Shown: in pieces, positions 11,060 to 23,497 of the stretch
Position numbering within the stretch: position 1 is the first letter of the stretch
How the letters are laid out: each line of letters begins with the position of its first letter
NCBI GenBank assembly: GCA_965215005.1
Contig: CBDCCZ010000002.1
Location: forward strand, 1-39,773
Reading direction: 5' to 3'
DNA: 39,773 nt
DNA from: Kofleriaceae bacterium
GTDB lineage: Bacteria > Myxococcota_A > Polyangia > Haliangiales > Haliangiaceae
The notes under the pieces: model-generated
Told to the model about the DNA's origin: nothing
What the model saw: the letters and a program-made list of their open reading frames with translations, nothing else
The model's database searches: none
Program-made: the position numbers and the translations under genes

Positions 11060-11572
11060 CTACGAGGCGTGCAGGGTGCGCTCGAGAGGGCTCGGCTCGT
11101 CGAACATAATGTAGCGGGCGTTGCCGTCGGACCATACGACGCAGCCGCTAACGCAAAACGTGGAGGTTTGGATGGTGACGTCGGAGCCGACGTCGCAGCC
11201 GGCGCCGGCGAGATCGAGGCAGCAGCCTTGCTCACTCACGTTGCGGAGGCGCATTGGCTGGGCGATGCCGTCGTGGAGGACCTGGGCTTCGAGCTCGACG
11301 CCGTCGCCGCGGACGGCGAGCTCGAGGAATTTATCATTGACGTCCGGGTCGACGAAGGCGACGACCGCGTGCCCTGCACCGCTCACCCTCGCCAGTCGAC
11401 CGGCCAGAGAAACCGGCGATCCGCCGCCAAGGCGAACGCACAGGGTGATCGGCTGCCCTTGCGCCGCCATGACCTCATCGAGTGGAACGATGAGGCCGCC
11501 GCCGGCGAGGTACCCCCAGTACGCTTCGAACGCGGCGTGGCGGTCGGCGAAGTGAACGTCGACTTGATTCAT
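11060..11572 (-). CDS. PilZ-like domain protein (myxobacterial tandem type)
   Basis: GGAG-rich RBS upstream of ATG 11572. Contains YLAGGGLIVP, RNVSEQGCCL (N/DxSxxG) and CVVWS. The RxxxR c-di-GMP motif is not evident. Confidence 0.65.
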   Translation of the reverse strand: MNQVDVHFADRHAAFEAYWGYLAGGGLIVPLDEVMAAQGQPITLCVRLGGGSPVSLAGRLARVSGAGHAVVAFVDPDVNDKFLELAVRGDGVELEAQVLHDGIAQPMRLRNVSEQGCCLDLAGAGCDVGSDVTIQTSTFCVSGCVVWSDGNARYIMFDEPSPLERTLHAS

Positions 11573-11824
11573 GCTCTCCCCTCCCATTCCCGATGCTGCC
11601 GAGCTCGAGAGCGAGCCCTGGCCAGAGTGGGACACACTAGCACGTCCGAGCAGGTGGACCAGCGGGAAAATCAGGTGCGAGCGCGTCGCTGGCGGTGCGG
11701 CGGCCAGCGCGACTTGCTTACCTGAGGCCAGATAATCGGCCCGCGTCGCGATTGACCGCAGCCGCATCCTCGGCGCCAGAGGAGCTGCAACGCTGGCAAT
11801 GCGCCCATAGCCACGCCGGACCGG

Positions 11825-13252
11825 TTAGAGATCGAACCGTTGCTCGAGCACGGCGCGCCCGCCTGCGCCGAAGCGCTCGGCGTCGACGACGTCGCGCACG
11901 CACGCGGCGACCGAGCGCGGCAGATTGGTATCCACGATGTTGAGATGGGTGATGCGACCCGCGGTCGAGATCCCGATGTCGAAGGTGATGTAGGCATCGA
12001 CGCCAAGGCCCTGTTTGCGCAGTGACCGCAAGCAGCCAGGAATCTGGCTCGAGCGCGCCACCGCGTTGGCAAGCTGCTGTCCGCGATTTCGCCCGGCTGT
12101 GCGCTGTATAGGGGGAGCAGGCGCAGCGAACGAGGCACGCCGAGTTTGGCCGGGACCAACCTCCACCCACTGGTCGGCCGCGCCCCACGTGACGTGGTGG
12201 CGGCCGGCGGCAACGCGAATCGAGAACCGCCCCGAGGCAACGGCGACACCGTCGACCGCCACCGCCGCCGCCGGTCCGGCGTCGATGAACAGCGACGAGC
12301 TGGCCGCGAGCACCTCGTCGGCGCCGGGCCACACTGCAAGCAGCGGCACCGGCTCGACGCTGCCGCTTACCGCCGGCGCCGGTCGCATCCCCGCAAGCAC
12401 GTCGCCAATCCAAAGTGACAACGCTTCGCCGCCGTCGATGCCGACCTCGATACCGGCGGCGTCAGTGACGACGACGCGACCATGCGCACACGCGACCTCG
12501 ACGCGGCCCTGCTGGTGACGCACGCGAAACGCGGTGCCACGCACCAGCACGGTTTTATCGCCCACCAACACCGCGAACCGCTGCTCGGGGGCGCGCTTGG
12601 CGACCTCGATCGACACGCTGCCCTCGAGGCGCAGCTCGACGGCGCGGCTGTCAAAGCGCACCAACTCCAGGCGTGAGGAGGGCGCGAGGAGAAATCCGCT
12701 GCCTGCGCCAAACTGCACGGCCACACGGCCATCTGCTCCGGTGGAGAGCAGATCCCCTGCGCTCAGCGAACGCTCCATGGCCAACACCCCGCCGCGCACC
12801 TGCGCCTCGCCTTGCACGAACGCCACCACGCCGCGCAGCGACTCGGGCGCTGGCTCGAGGACCGCCGGCGGCGCCTCGCGAACCACGGCGGCGGTGCGCG
12901 CCTGATCTGACGACCTTAGCAAGTGAAACGTCGCCGCAAGCGCCAGCACGGCGAGAGCCGGAGCCCAGATCCAGCGCCGCAGCGAGCGTGACGGCGAGCG
13001 CTGCGCGGCACGCCGCTCAGACTCGGTATGCCAGCGAATGCGGGCGCCGATATGATCCCAAGAAAGCTCGGGAGGCTCCACGGCGCGCAACTCCGCAAAC
13101 GCGCGCTGAGTCGCCGCGAGCTGCGATTGCATCGCTTGGCAGCGAGCACAGCGCTTGGCGTGGGCTGCCAGGCGACGCTGCTGCCGAGAGCTCGCGCGAC
13201 CGGCCAATACCTCGGCCCAGCGCTGCAGAGCGATGGTACAGCGGGAACTCAT
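11825..13252 (-). CDS. Zinc-finger anti-sigma factor with TM, FecR, PEGA-like and TonB-C/AgmX-like C-terminal domains
   Basis: HAKRCARC (Hx3Cx2C); TM segment; FecR-like LSTGADGRVAVQFG / VRGTAFRV; C-terminal FDIGISTAGRI...VAACVRDVV....FG. Overlaps the sigma factor stop. Confidence 0.8.
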   Translation of the reverse strand: MSSRCTIALQRWAEVLAGRASSRQQRRLAAHAKRCARCQAMQSQLAATQRAFAELRAVEPPELSWDHIGARIRWHTESERRAAQRSPSRSLRRWIWAPALAVLALAATFHLLRSSDQARTAAVVREAPPAVLEPAPESLRGVVAFVQGEAQVRGGVLAMERSLSAGDLLSTGADGRVAVQFGAGSGFLLAPSSRLELVRFDSRAVELRLEGSVSIEVAKRAPEQRFAVLVGDKTVLVRGTAFRVRHQQGRVEVACAHGRVVVTDAAGIEVGIDGGEALSLWIGDVLAGMRPAPAVSGSVEPVPLLAVWPGADEVLAASSSLFIDAGPAAAVAVDGVAVASGRFSIRVAAGRHHVTWGAADQWVEVGPGQTRRASFAAPAPPIQRTAGRNRGQQLANAVARSSQIPGCLRSLRKQGLGVDAYITFDIGISTAGRITHLNIVDTNLPRSVAACVRDVVDAERFGAGGRAVLEQRFDL

Positions 13253-13866
13253 TGCTCATCATCCTCGAGCAGGAGCCGATAGAATTCTTTGCGGGCGTAA
13301 AACAGTCGGGTTCGGACGGTCACCGGGTTCGCTGCGACCAGATAGGCGATCTCCTTGAGGTCATGCCCTTCGATCTCGTGCAGATAGAACACAATGCGTT
13401 TCTTCGGCGGAAGCTGCTCGAGCACGCGGTGAACACGGGCGCGTTCTTGCTCGCGCTGGAGCAGTCGCTCGGGACTCTCGGGGCCTTCGGCCAGGATGCC
13501 GGGATCGGGATCGGGATCGGCCACGGGAATGGGAGGCGGCTTGCGGGTGCGCGAGCGGATGCGCCCAAGCGCTACGTTGACGCAGATGCGATACAGCCAG
13601 GTCGAGAGTCGCGCGTCGCCGCGGAACCGAGCAAGACCGCGAAACGCGATGACAAACACCTCTTGCACCAGATCGTCGAGATCGTGCCGGTCGTTTAGGA
13701 CCCGATAGAGGTTGGCCGCGACCTGCCGGCGGTAGCGGCGATAAAAGTCTTCGTGGCCGCGCGCATCGCCCGCAAGACAACGCCGGACCAGCTCGGTCTC
13801 GTCGGCAACGGCGGCGCGGGTGTCGGTATCCGCACTGCCGCGTTTACGTCCCACGGCGCTCAGCAT
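13249..13866 (-). CDS. ECF RNA polymerase sigma factor
   Basis: DDLVQEVFV, FRGDARLSTWLYRI.VN, LPPKKRIVFYL.EIEG....EIA and TVRTRLFYAR. Confidence 0.95.
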   Translation of the reverse strand: MLSAVGRKRGSADTDTRAAVADETELVRRCLAGDARGHEDFYRRYRRQVAANLYRVLNDRHDLDDLVQEVFVIAFRGLARFRGDARLSTWLYRICVNVALGRIRSRTRKPPPIPVADPDPDPGILAEGPESPERLLQREQERARVHRVLEQLPPKKRIVFYLHEIEGHDLKEIAYLVAANPVTVRTRLFYARKEFYRLLLEDDEQ

Positions 13867-14068
13867 AGTGCATTCGCTAACACCCGGTTAGTGGAGCGAG
13901 TGCTCGCCGCCGTTCATGAAAAACAGCACCTGCACCGCCTCCTGCCGGGTGCTCTAAGGTGGCAGCTCCTGAAGCAAGCGCGATAGAGGCCCTCTCGGTG
14001 TTAACCCGCAGCGGGTGCAAGGTGAGCATGGCGATGCTCCACACGCAGCGCTGTCGGTCACCTGCCGA

Positions 14069-14509
14069 TCAAACGTCGATCACGCCGGGAGGTGGCTCGT
14101 CGTCATCGCGGCGCCGCGGGTTAGCAACCTCCACGAGCGCCGCCGCTGTCATCCGCGCTGCCAAACGTCGAACCAGTCGCTCGGCGACCGCGCGACGCAG
14201 AGCCGGCACGAGCAGCGCCAGGCCCAGGGCATCGGTGCAAAAGCCGGGGGTGAGGAGCAGCACCGCTGCGACCAAGACCAACGCCGCCTCTGCGAGCGAG
14301 TGGCCGACCTGCCGACCGCGTGCCGACGCTTCGCGAAGACTGCGCAGCGCCTCGAGCCCTTGTTGTTTCGCCAGCGCTGCGCCGACCAAGCCCGTTGCTA
14401 AAATGATCGCCAACGTCCAGCCGGCGCCGAGTTGCTCCCCGACCTCGATCAGTAGAAGCATCTCGAGGGCCGGAATGAGCACGAAAAGCAGCGCCAGAAC
14501 ACCACACAC
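14069..14509 (-). CDS. fxsA: FxsA family membrane protein
   Basis: IPALEMLLLIEVG, TG.VGA.LAKQQG, LLLTPGF.TDALG.LLLVP and C-terminal VIDV. Start uncertain (GTG 14509 or ATG 14527). Confidence 0.88.
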   Translation of the reverse strand: MCGVLALLFVLIPALEMLLLIEVGEQLGAGWTLAIILATGLVGAALAKQQGLEALRSLREASARGRQVGHSLAEAALVLVAAVLLLTPGFCTDALGLALLVPALRRAVAERLVRRLAARMTAAALVEVANPRRRDDDEPPPGVIDV

Positions 14510-14656
14510 GCGCCGGGTGTAGCACATCGCGGCGCAGCGACCAGCCACACGCCTCGCGCTCGGCGGCGTTCGATTGATTGTCGCTGCGGCGTTGTGCCGC
14601 GGGCGCGTGCACAGCGGCGACTTGAGGACACGGCGTGAACGGCTTAGGTTCTGCTG

Positions 14657-16544
14657 GTGAAGCCTTTCTTGGATGCGCTCGCCGAAGGTCCTCTGCTGTT
14701 CGACGGCGCCATCGGTTCGCTGCTGTACGACCGCGGCGTGTTCCTCACCCGCTCCTACGATGAGCTCAACGTCTCGCAGCCCGAGCTCATTCGTCAGGTG
14801 CACCGCGAGTACCTCGATGCCGGCGCCCAGGTTCTCGAGACCAACACGTTCGGCGCCAACCGGCTGGCCTTGGCCAAACACGGGCATTCCGCGAGCGCCG
14901 AAGCGATCAATCGCGCAGCGGTCGGGATTGCTCGCGAGGTTGCAGGACAGAAGGCCTGGACCGCCGGCGCGCTCGGCCCCACCGGTGTTCCCTTCGCCAT
15001 CGCCACCGCGCGTGAGCGAGACATGGCCGTAGAAGCACTCATCGAGCAAGTGGGTTGGCTCGTCGAGGGCGGCGTCGACCTGCTGATTCTCGAGACCTTC
15101 TATTCCATCGTCGAGCTCGAGTGCGCCATCGTCGCCGCTAAGAAGGCGGCCAACCTGCCCATTGTCGCGCAGCTCGTCTTCGATGCCACCGGCGTTGCCG
15201 AGGGCGGCCTCGAGCCGGCGGTGGTCGCCCGTCGCTTAGTCGAAGCCGGCGCCGACGTCGTCGGAGCCAACTGCGGCGTCGGACCGCCCGAGCTCTATCA
15301 GGTTGCCAGCCAGATGGTCGGGTGCGGCGCGCCGGTGTCGGTGCAGCCCAACGCGGGGCTTCCGAGCCGCATCGAAGGACGCACCATCTACGTGGCGAAT
15401 CCCGAGCATTTCGGGGTATTTGCGCGGCGAATGTTAAAGTCCGGCGTGAGCATCATTGGGGGCTGCTGCGGGACCACTCCCGAGCACACCCGGAGCATGC
15501 TCGGCGCCGTGCGGATGATGCGCGGCGGCAGCGAGCCCACGCGTTCCCGGACGGTGGTGAGCGCACCGGCGACGGCGCCGCGCGCCCGACCCGAGGCATT
15601 GGTGCCTCTGGCGCAGCGCAGCCGCCTCGGGGGCCGCATCGCGCGCGGCGAGTTTGCCGTGTCGATCGAGCTCAATGCGCCACGGGGCTCGAGCACCACG
15701 CAGCTTCTGCAGCACATTCGTGTCGCTGCCGGCGGCGGCGCCGATATCATCAACATCGCCGACGGCCCGCGGGCGACCTCGCGGATGAGCAACCTGGCCA
15801 TGTGCGCGGTCGCCCGCCGCGACAGCGGCGTTGAGCCAATCCTCCACGTCTGCTGTCGCGACCGCAACTATCTCGGCCTCGTCGGTCACTTACTCGGAGC
15901 CCACGCACTGGGTTTGCGCAACCTCGTCATCATCACCGGAGATCCTCCGAAGATGGGCGATTTTCCCTTTGCCACCCCGGTCTACGACGTCGACTCGGTG
16001 GGGTCTCTTGGAGATTGCCGCCGGCCTCAACAGCGGCATCGATCCGGCGGGCAAAGAGCTCGATGGGCCCACCTCGTTCGTCCTGGCCACCGGTGCCGAG
16101 CCGGGCGCCTTGGACTACGAGCGCGAGCTGCGGCGTATCGAAGCCAAAAAAGCCGCCGGCGCCGAGCTACTCATGACCCAGCCAGTTTATGATCCAGCCA
16201 CCCTGGACCGGTTTCTCGATGACGTTGCGCCGCTGGGCATCCCGGTGATGGTCGGGCTCTTGCCCCTGGCCTCGAGCCGCAACGCCGAGTTTCTGCACAG
16301 CGAGGTCCCCGGGATGCAGATTCCTGCGGTCTATCGCCAGCGGATGGCGGCGATTGGCTCGGGTCCAGAAGCGCGCGCCGAGGGCATAAAAATCGCCCAA
16401 GAAGCGCTCGAAGCGGTCAAGCATCGGGTTGCCGGCGCGTATATCATGCCGCCGTTCAACCGGGTCGAGTCGGCACTGGCAATCCTCGAGGTGGTCCGGG
16501 ATCGCTGGCAGCCAGCGGTGCTCGAAGGACAACTGCCGACATGA
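14657..16544 (+). CDS. yitJ: Bifunctional homocysteine S-methyltransferase / methylenetetrahydrofolate reductase, split by a +1 frameshift near 16000-16003
   Basis: DGAIGS, ETNTFGANR, GANC, PNAGLP and GGCCGTTPEH, then the MTHFR part ADGPRA, CRDRN, ITGDPP. It continues in the +1 frame as GLLEIAAGLNSG..TQPVYD..LHSEVPG..YIMPPF. Confidence 0.92.
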
Positions 16545-17617
16545 TGCAATGGCGATGGGCGTGCGCGCTGGCGGTGTTGGCTGCATGTGGCGAACCGCGG
16601 TCGGAGCTCGCATACCAGGCCGCGAGCCAGGAAACTGGCTCGGTGGAGCCCGTAGCGCCACAGCTGGTGGTCCTGCCGAGCCCTCCCAGCATCGAGGAAG
16701 CGCCGCGCGGGCTCCCTGAGACGCCCTCGCCGGCGCAAAATCCCACCAGTGCCGAAAAAGTGGCGCTCGGAGAGCTGCTGTTTTTCGACACCCGGCTCTC
16801 CAGCAGCGGCGGCATGGCGTGCGCCGATTGCCATCCCCCCGAAAAAGGTTGGGCGTCGCCGCAGCCGCGCACCAAAACCGTGGCCGGCAAGCTCAACCTA
16901 CGCCACACCCCGACGCTGCTCAACGCAGGGTACGCACCGGCCTTCTTTTGGGACGGCCGAGTTGAGCGCCTCGAGCCGATGATTCTCGCCAACTGGAAGG
17001 GCCAGCTCGGTGCCGAGCCCGACATCATCGCGGCGCTGCTCGAGCGTATCCCGGAGTATCAAGCGCACTTCCTTCGTGCCTTCGATGGCCCCGTCACCGC
17101 CGACCACATCGCCGAGGCGCTGGCGGCGTTCGTGCGCACGGTGCAGAGCGGTGATGCGCCTTGGGATCGCTACGAGAGTGGAGACCAACGAGCGGTGAGC
17201 GCCGACGTGATCGCTGGTTACCGTTTGTTCACGGGCAAGGCGCAATGCGCGCTGTGCCATCCACCGCCGCTCTACACCGACTTTGGCTATCACGATCTGG
17301 GAGTATCGCCGGCGGGGCCGGATGTTGGGCGCGCCATGGTGACCCGTCGCGAGGCCGACCGCGGCAAGTTCAAGACGCCATCGCTGCGCTCGGTGGAGTT
17401 GACCGCGCCGTATTTCCACGACGGTAGCGCCGCGACGTTGGCCGAAGCGCTCAATCACCTGCTCGCGCAAACGATCGAGCGCAGCGATCCACCGGTGATT
17501 CTCACCGCCAAGGAGCGAGCGCAGCTGCTCGCGTTCATGCGCGCGCTCACCGGCTCGCAGGAGCCGGGATTGCGCCCGAAGCTACCGACCAATCCGCCGC
17601 TCGAAAGCGACGGCTGA
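16541..17617 (+). CDS. Diheme cytochrome c peroxidase/MauG-family lipoprotein
   Basis: Lipobox LAAC; LG..LFFD.RLS, CADCH, FWDGR, CALCH, FKTPSLR and TAPYFHDGS. Confidence 0.9.
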   Translation: MMQWRWACALAVLAACGEPRSELAYQAASQETGSVEPVAPQLVVLPSPPSIEEAPRGLPETPSPAQNPTSAEKVALGELLFFDTRLSSSGGMACADCHPPEKGWASPQPRTKTVAGKLNLRHTPTLLNAGYAPAFFWDGRVERLEPMILANWKGQLGAEPDIIAALLERIPEYQAHFLRAFDGPVTADHIAEALAAFVRTVQSGDAPWDRYESGDQRAVSADVIAGYRLFTGKAQCALCHPPPLYTDFGYHDLGVSPAGPDVGRAMVTRREADRGKFKTPSLRSVELTAPYFHDGSAATLAEALNHLLAQTIERSDPPVILTAKERAQLLAFMRALTGSQEPGLRPKLPTNPPLESDG

Positions 17618-17649
17618 TCCTGTCCCCCAACATCGAGGAGCAACACATT

Positions 17650-18075
17650 ATGTCATCTATAGCGACATCGCTCATGACCACGCTGGCTGTCGCGGCGCTA
17701 CTGGCAACCGGCTGCGGCAAGAAGGACGAAGCACCCGCCGAAGCGCTACCACCGGCCGAGGCGCAAGCGCCGGCGATGAGTCCCGAGGCGAAGGCGGCGC
17801 GGGAGAAGTACGACACCCTATGCGTCGCCTGCCATGGTCCCGACGGCACCGGCAACGGACCCGCAGCCGCTGCGCTCGATCCCAAGCCGCGCAACTATCA
17901 GGATGCCGCGTGGCAAGCCAAGATCAGCGATGAGGAAATCGCCAAAGCCATCGTCGAGGGTGGCCCGGCGGTGGGGCTGAGCGCGAACATGCCGCCCAAT
18001 CCCGACCTCGCCAACCAACCCGAGGTGGTCGCCGAGCTCGTCAAGATCGTCCGCGCATTCGGGGACGCGGAGTAA
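17650..18075 (+). CDS. Monoheme class I cytochrome c lipoprotein
   Basis: GAGGAG RBS; lipobox ATGC; CVACHG..G.G.GP.A..L.PKPRN; MPP axial Met. Confidence 0.9.
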   Translation: MSSIATSLMTTLAVAALLATGCGKKDEAPAEALPPAEAQAPAMSPEAKAAREKYDTLCVACHGPDGTGNGPAAAALDPKPRNYQDAAWQAKISDEEIAKAIVEGGPAVGLSANMPPNPDLANQPEVVAELVKIVRAFGDAE

Positions 18076-18141
18076 GGCAACGGCGCTCCATGCGACGCGG
18101 GCTTGGTAGCGGTGGCCAAGGTCGAGCCCGCGCCGCCAACG

Positions 18142-18822
18142 TCATGGCTCGGCGCGCGTAGCCGGGTCGAGCGCGGCGCCGCCCTTGGCGTAAATACGCG
18201 CCGGCGCGACGTGTCGATAGCGCTCGCAGCGAATGCGCAGGCTGGCACAGAAGTCGATGACATCGCGGCGATCACCACCAGCCGCACGAATTCGTGCGGC
18301 GTGCTCGCGAATCGCGCGGGTGGTGCCCGAGGGATGGAAACAGAAGGTACGGCCGAAGTAAACCGCGCCTTCGAAGCCGATGAGGCGCACCTCGATCACG
18401 TCGCCGGTGCCGACGCCGTGCATGACGCGCTGCTCGGCAACGACGAAACGGCCGCCGCCAAGGATATCGAGCAGCTCGACCTCACCGGCGCGGAGCGCCA
18501 TCACCTCGAATAGGCTGCGATGCGAGGTGAGAAGGCCGCGCAACGCGTCGAGTCGGCGCTCGGGTTCCGTCGAGCGCGCCGCTTCCAGCGCCTGCCCGGC
18601 CGGCGGCAACGTCCCGCCCGGCGCGACGCGCTCGACGACGTCCCATTCGAGAAACGCCTGCGTCCAGGCTTCCCATAGCTCTTCGTCCTCGAAGACGCGC
18701 CCTCTTCGCTCATCGTACTCGCTGCGCGCCGCGACCAATGCATCGGGACCACTGGCCTGGCTGTGCGCTTCGATGAGCTCATCCAGAACGCGGGTGAGAA
18801 ACGCCGCCGCCGTCTCGCTCAT
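18142..18822 (-). CDS. Hypothetical protein
   Basis: 226-aa ORF with normal protein composition, directly downstream of carA on the same strand. No recognised motif. Confidence 0.7.
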   Translation of the reverse strand: MSETAAAFLTRVLDELIEAHSQASGPDALVAARSEYDERRGRVFEDEELWEAWTQAFLEWDVVERVAPGGTLPPAGQALEAARSTEPERRLDALRGLLTSHRSLFEVMALRAGEVELLDILGGGRFVVAEQRVMHGVGTGDVIEVRLIGFEGAVYFGRTFCFHPSGTTRAIREHAARIRAAGGDRRDVIDFCASLRIRCERYRHVAPARIYAKGGAALDPATRAEP

Positions 18823-18837
18823 GCGTTAGCCACCGCG

Positions 18838-19979
18838 TCAGCGCCGCCCGGCCATGGCATCGACGAAGCGGCGAAACAGATAACCGGCGTCGTGGGGGCC
18901 CGGGCTGGCCTCGGGATGGTACTGAATGCCGAACACGGGACGATCTGCGAGAGCGAGCCCTGCGACGGTGTCGTCGTAGAGATTGACATGGGTGCAGGTC
19001 ACGCCGCGCGGTAGCGAGGCGCGATCCACCGCGAATCCATGATTTTGCGAGGTGATCTCGACCTTGCCGGTGCGAAGGTCTTTGACCGGATGGTTGCCAC
19101 CGTGGTGACCGAACGGCAGCTTGAAGGTCTTGGCACCGAGCGCGAGCGCCAGGATTTGATGGCCAAGGCAGATACCAAACACCGGCTTATCGCTGCTAGC
19201 CAGCTCGCGTGCGGCTTCGATTCCATACTGCACGGCCGCCGGATCGCCAGGTCCGTTGGATAAAAAGTAGCCGTCGGCGTTGCGCTCGAGCACCTCCGCG
19301 GCGGGGGTCTGCGCCGGCACCACGGTTACCCTGCAGCCGACGTCGCGCAGCTGCCGCAGGATGTTCTGCTTGATGCCGAAGTCGTAGGCGATGACGTCAA
19401 AGGTCACCGGTGGCGGCTCCTGGGCTTCTTCGAGCGCTCGCCAGCTCGGCTCGTCCCAGATGTATGGCTCCTCGCAGGTGACGCGCCAGACGAGGTCGAG
19501 CCCTTCCATCGACGGGGCGCCGAGCACGCGCGCAAGCAGTGCCTGCGGATCGGCAACGTCGCCGGGAAGCGAAGACACAGCGCCTCGCTGCGCGCCGCCC
19601 TCGCGCAGCGCTCGGGTGAGAGCGCGCGTGTCGACGCCCTCGATACCGACGATGCCGTGCTCGGTGAGGAACCCATCGAGGTCGCCTTCGGCGCGCCAAC
19701 TCGAGGTCATCGGCGAGGCTTCCCGCACCACCAACCCCGCGCAAACTGGCTTCCGCGACTCGAGATCGTCGCGATTAACGCCGGTGTTGCCGATTTGCGG
19801 CGCGGTCATCACGACGATCTGCCCAGCATACGAAGGATCGGTGAGGATCTCCTGGTAGCCGGTCATCGCGGTGTTGAAGACGACTTCGCCGATGCTCTCG
19901 CCTTCGCCACCAAAGGAGCGACCGCGAAACACGCGGCCATTTTCGAGCACCAGCACCGCCGGCGGGCCGAGAAAATCGT

Positions 19980-19983
<4 letters not shown>
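18838..19983 (-). CDS. carA: Carbamoyl-phosphate synthase small subunit
   Basis: GEVVFNT.MTGYQE.LTDPSY, SNGPGDP, GICLGHQ and [15 protein letters not shown] 19983 overlaps the pyrC stop. Confidence 0.97.
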
Positions 19984-21284
<1,301 letters not shown>

Positions 21285-21409
21285 ACGTCGCGGCGTTTCT
21301 AACAGCTGGAGATGGCCCCGGCAAGAGCCGCCATCATCGAGCCATGGTCGAGGCGGATCGCGCCACTTCTGCGGCGTCTCCCGCTTGCCGATGGTAAGGT
21401 TGCGCCATC

Positions 21410-22135
21410 ATGGCGGCGACCGCGGGCATCGTCATCATTGGCGACGAGATTCTCAGCGGCAAGTTCGATGACGAGAACGCGCGGTTCCTGATTCGCGAGC
21501 TCGACGAGCTAGGCGTTGCCCTCGAGCGCATCGCGTTCATTCGCGACGCGGGCGACGACATCGCCGAGACCGTGCGGTCGCTTGCGGACCGTTACGACTA
21601 CGTCTTCACGTCAGGCGGCGTCGGCCCCACCCACGACGACGTCACCATCGCGGGCATCGCGCAGGGCTTTGGCGTCGAGGTCGAGGTTCACCCGGTCCTG
21701 CAGGAGGCACTGCGCGCCTACTATGGCGACGGCATGCCAGCGGCAAATCGCCGGCTTGCGGAAGTGCCGGCCGGGGCGGAGCTGGTTTACGGCGATGCGC
21801 GGTGGCCGGTGGTGTGCTTTCGCAACGTCTACATCTTGCCCGGCGTTCCGAGCCTGTTTCGCCGCAAGTTCACCGGCATCCGCGAGCGCTTTCGCGGTCA
21901 GCGGCGGATCCAGCAGCGCGTCTATGCCCTTGGTGATGAAGGCGCGTTGGCGCCGCACCTCGACAGCGTCGTCCTCGCCTTTCCCAGCGTCAAGATCGGC
22001 AGCTATCCGCGCTTCGAGGAAACCGCGTTTCGGGTGATCTTGACGCTCGAAGGCCACGATAGCGCCGATCTCGAGGGTGCCCGCGACCGCTTGGTCGAGC
22101 TCCTCGGCGACTTGGTCGTGCGCGTCGAGGGGTAG
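21410..22135 (+). CDS. CinA-N / molybdopterin-binding domain protein (FAD/ADP-ribose pyrophosphatase-like)
   Basis: IIGDEILSG...D.N, TSGGVGPTHDDVT, LPGVP and IGSYP. Lacks the PncC C-terminal domain. Confidence 0.88.
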   Translation: MAATAGIVIIGDEILSGKFDDENARFLIRELDELGVALERIAFIRDAGDDIAETVRSLADRYDYVFTSGGVGPTHDDVTIAGIAQGFGVEVEVHPVLQEALRAYYGDGMPAANRRLAEVPAGAELVYGDARWPVVCFRNVYILPGVPSLFRRKFTGIRERFRGQRRIQQRVYALGDEGALAPHLDSVVLAFPSVKIGSYPRFEETAFRVILTLEGHDSADLEGARDRLVELLGDLVVRVEG

Positions 22136-22187
22136 TGGGTTGCGCCTCTGGCTCTGCTAGGCGGGCTGCGCTATGAAAGGCCCTGCC

Positions 22188-23459
<1,272 letters not shown>

Positions 23460-23497
23460 CTGCGCTGCACCGCGCGTGCTGCACGTTTGCGCCGCGC

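Noticed and set aside
13500..13520. (GGGATC)3 microsatellite as a phase-variation tract
   Set aside because: It is an in-frame hexamer encoding a DPDPDP linker in the sigma factor, and is too short.
15995..16010. Programmed ribosomal frameshift in yitJ
   Set aside because: There is no canonical slippery heptamer, and an identical G-run insertion occurs at ~30131. Sequencing error is more parsimonious.
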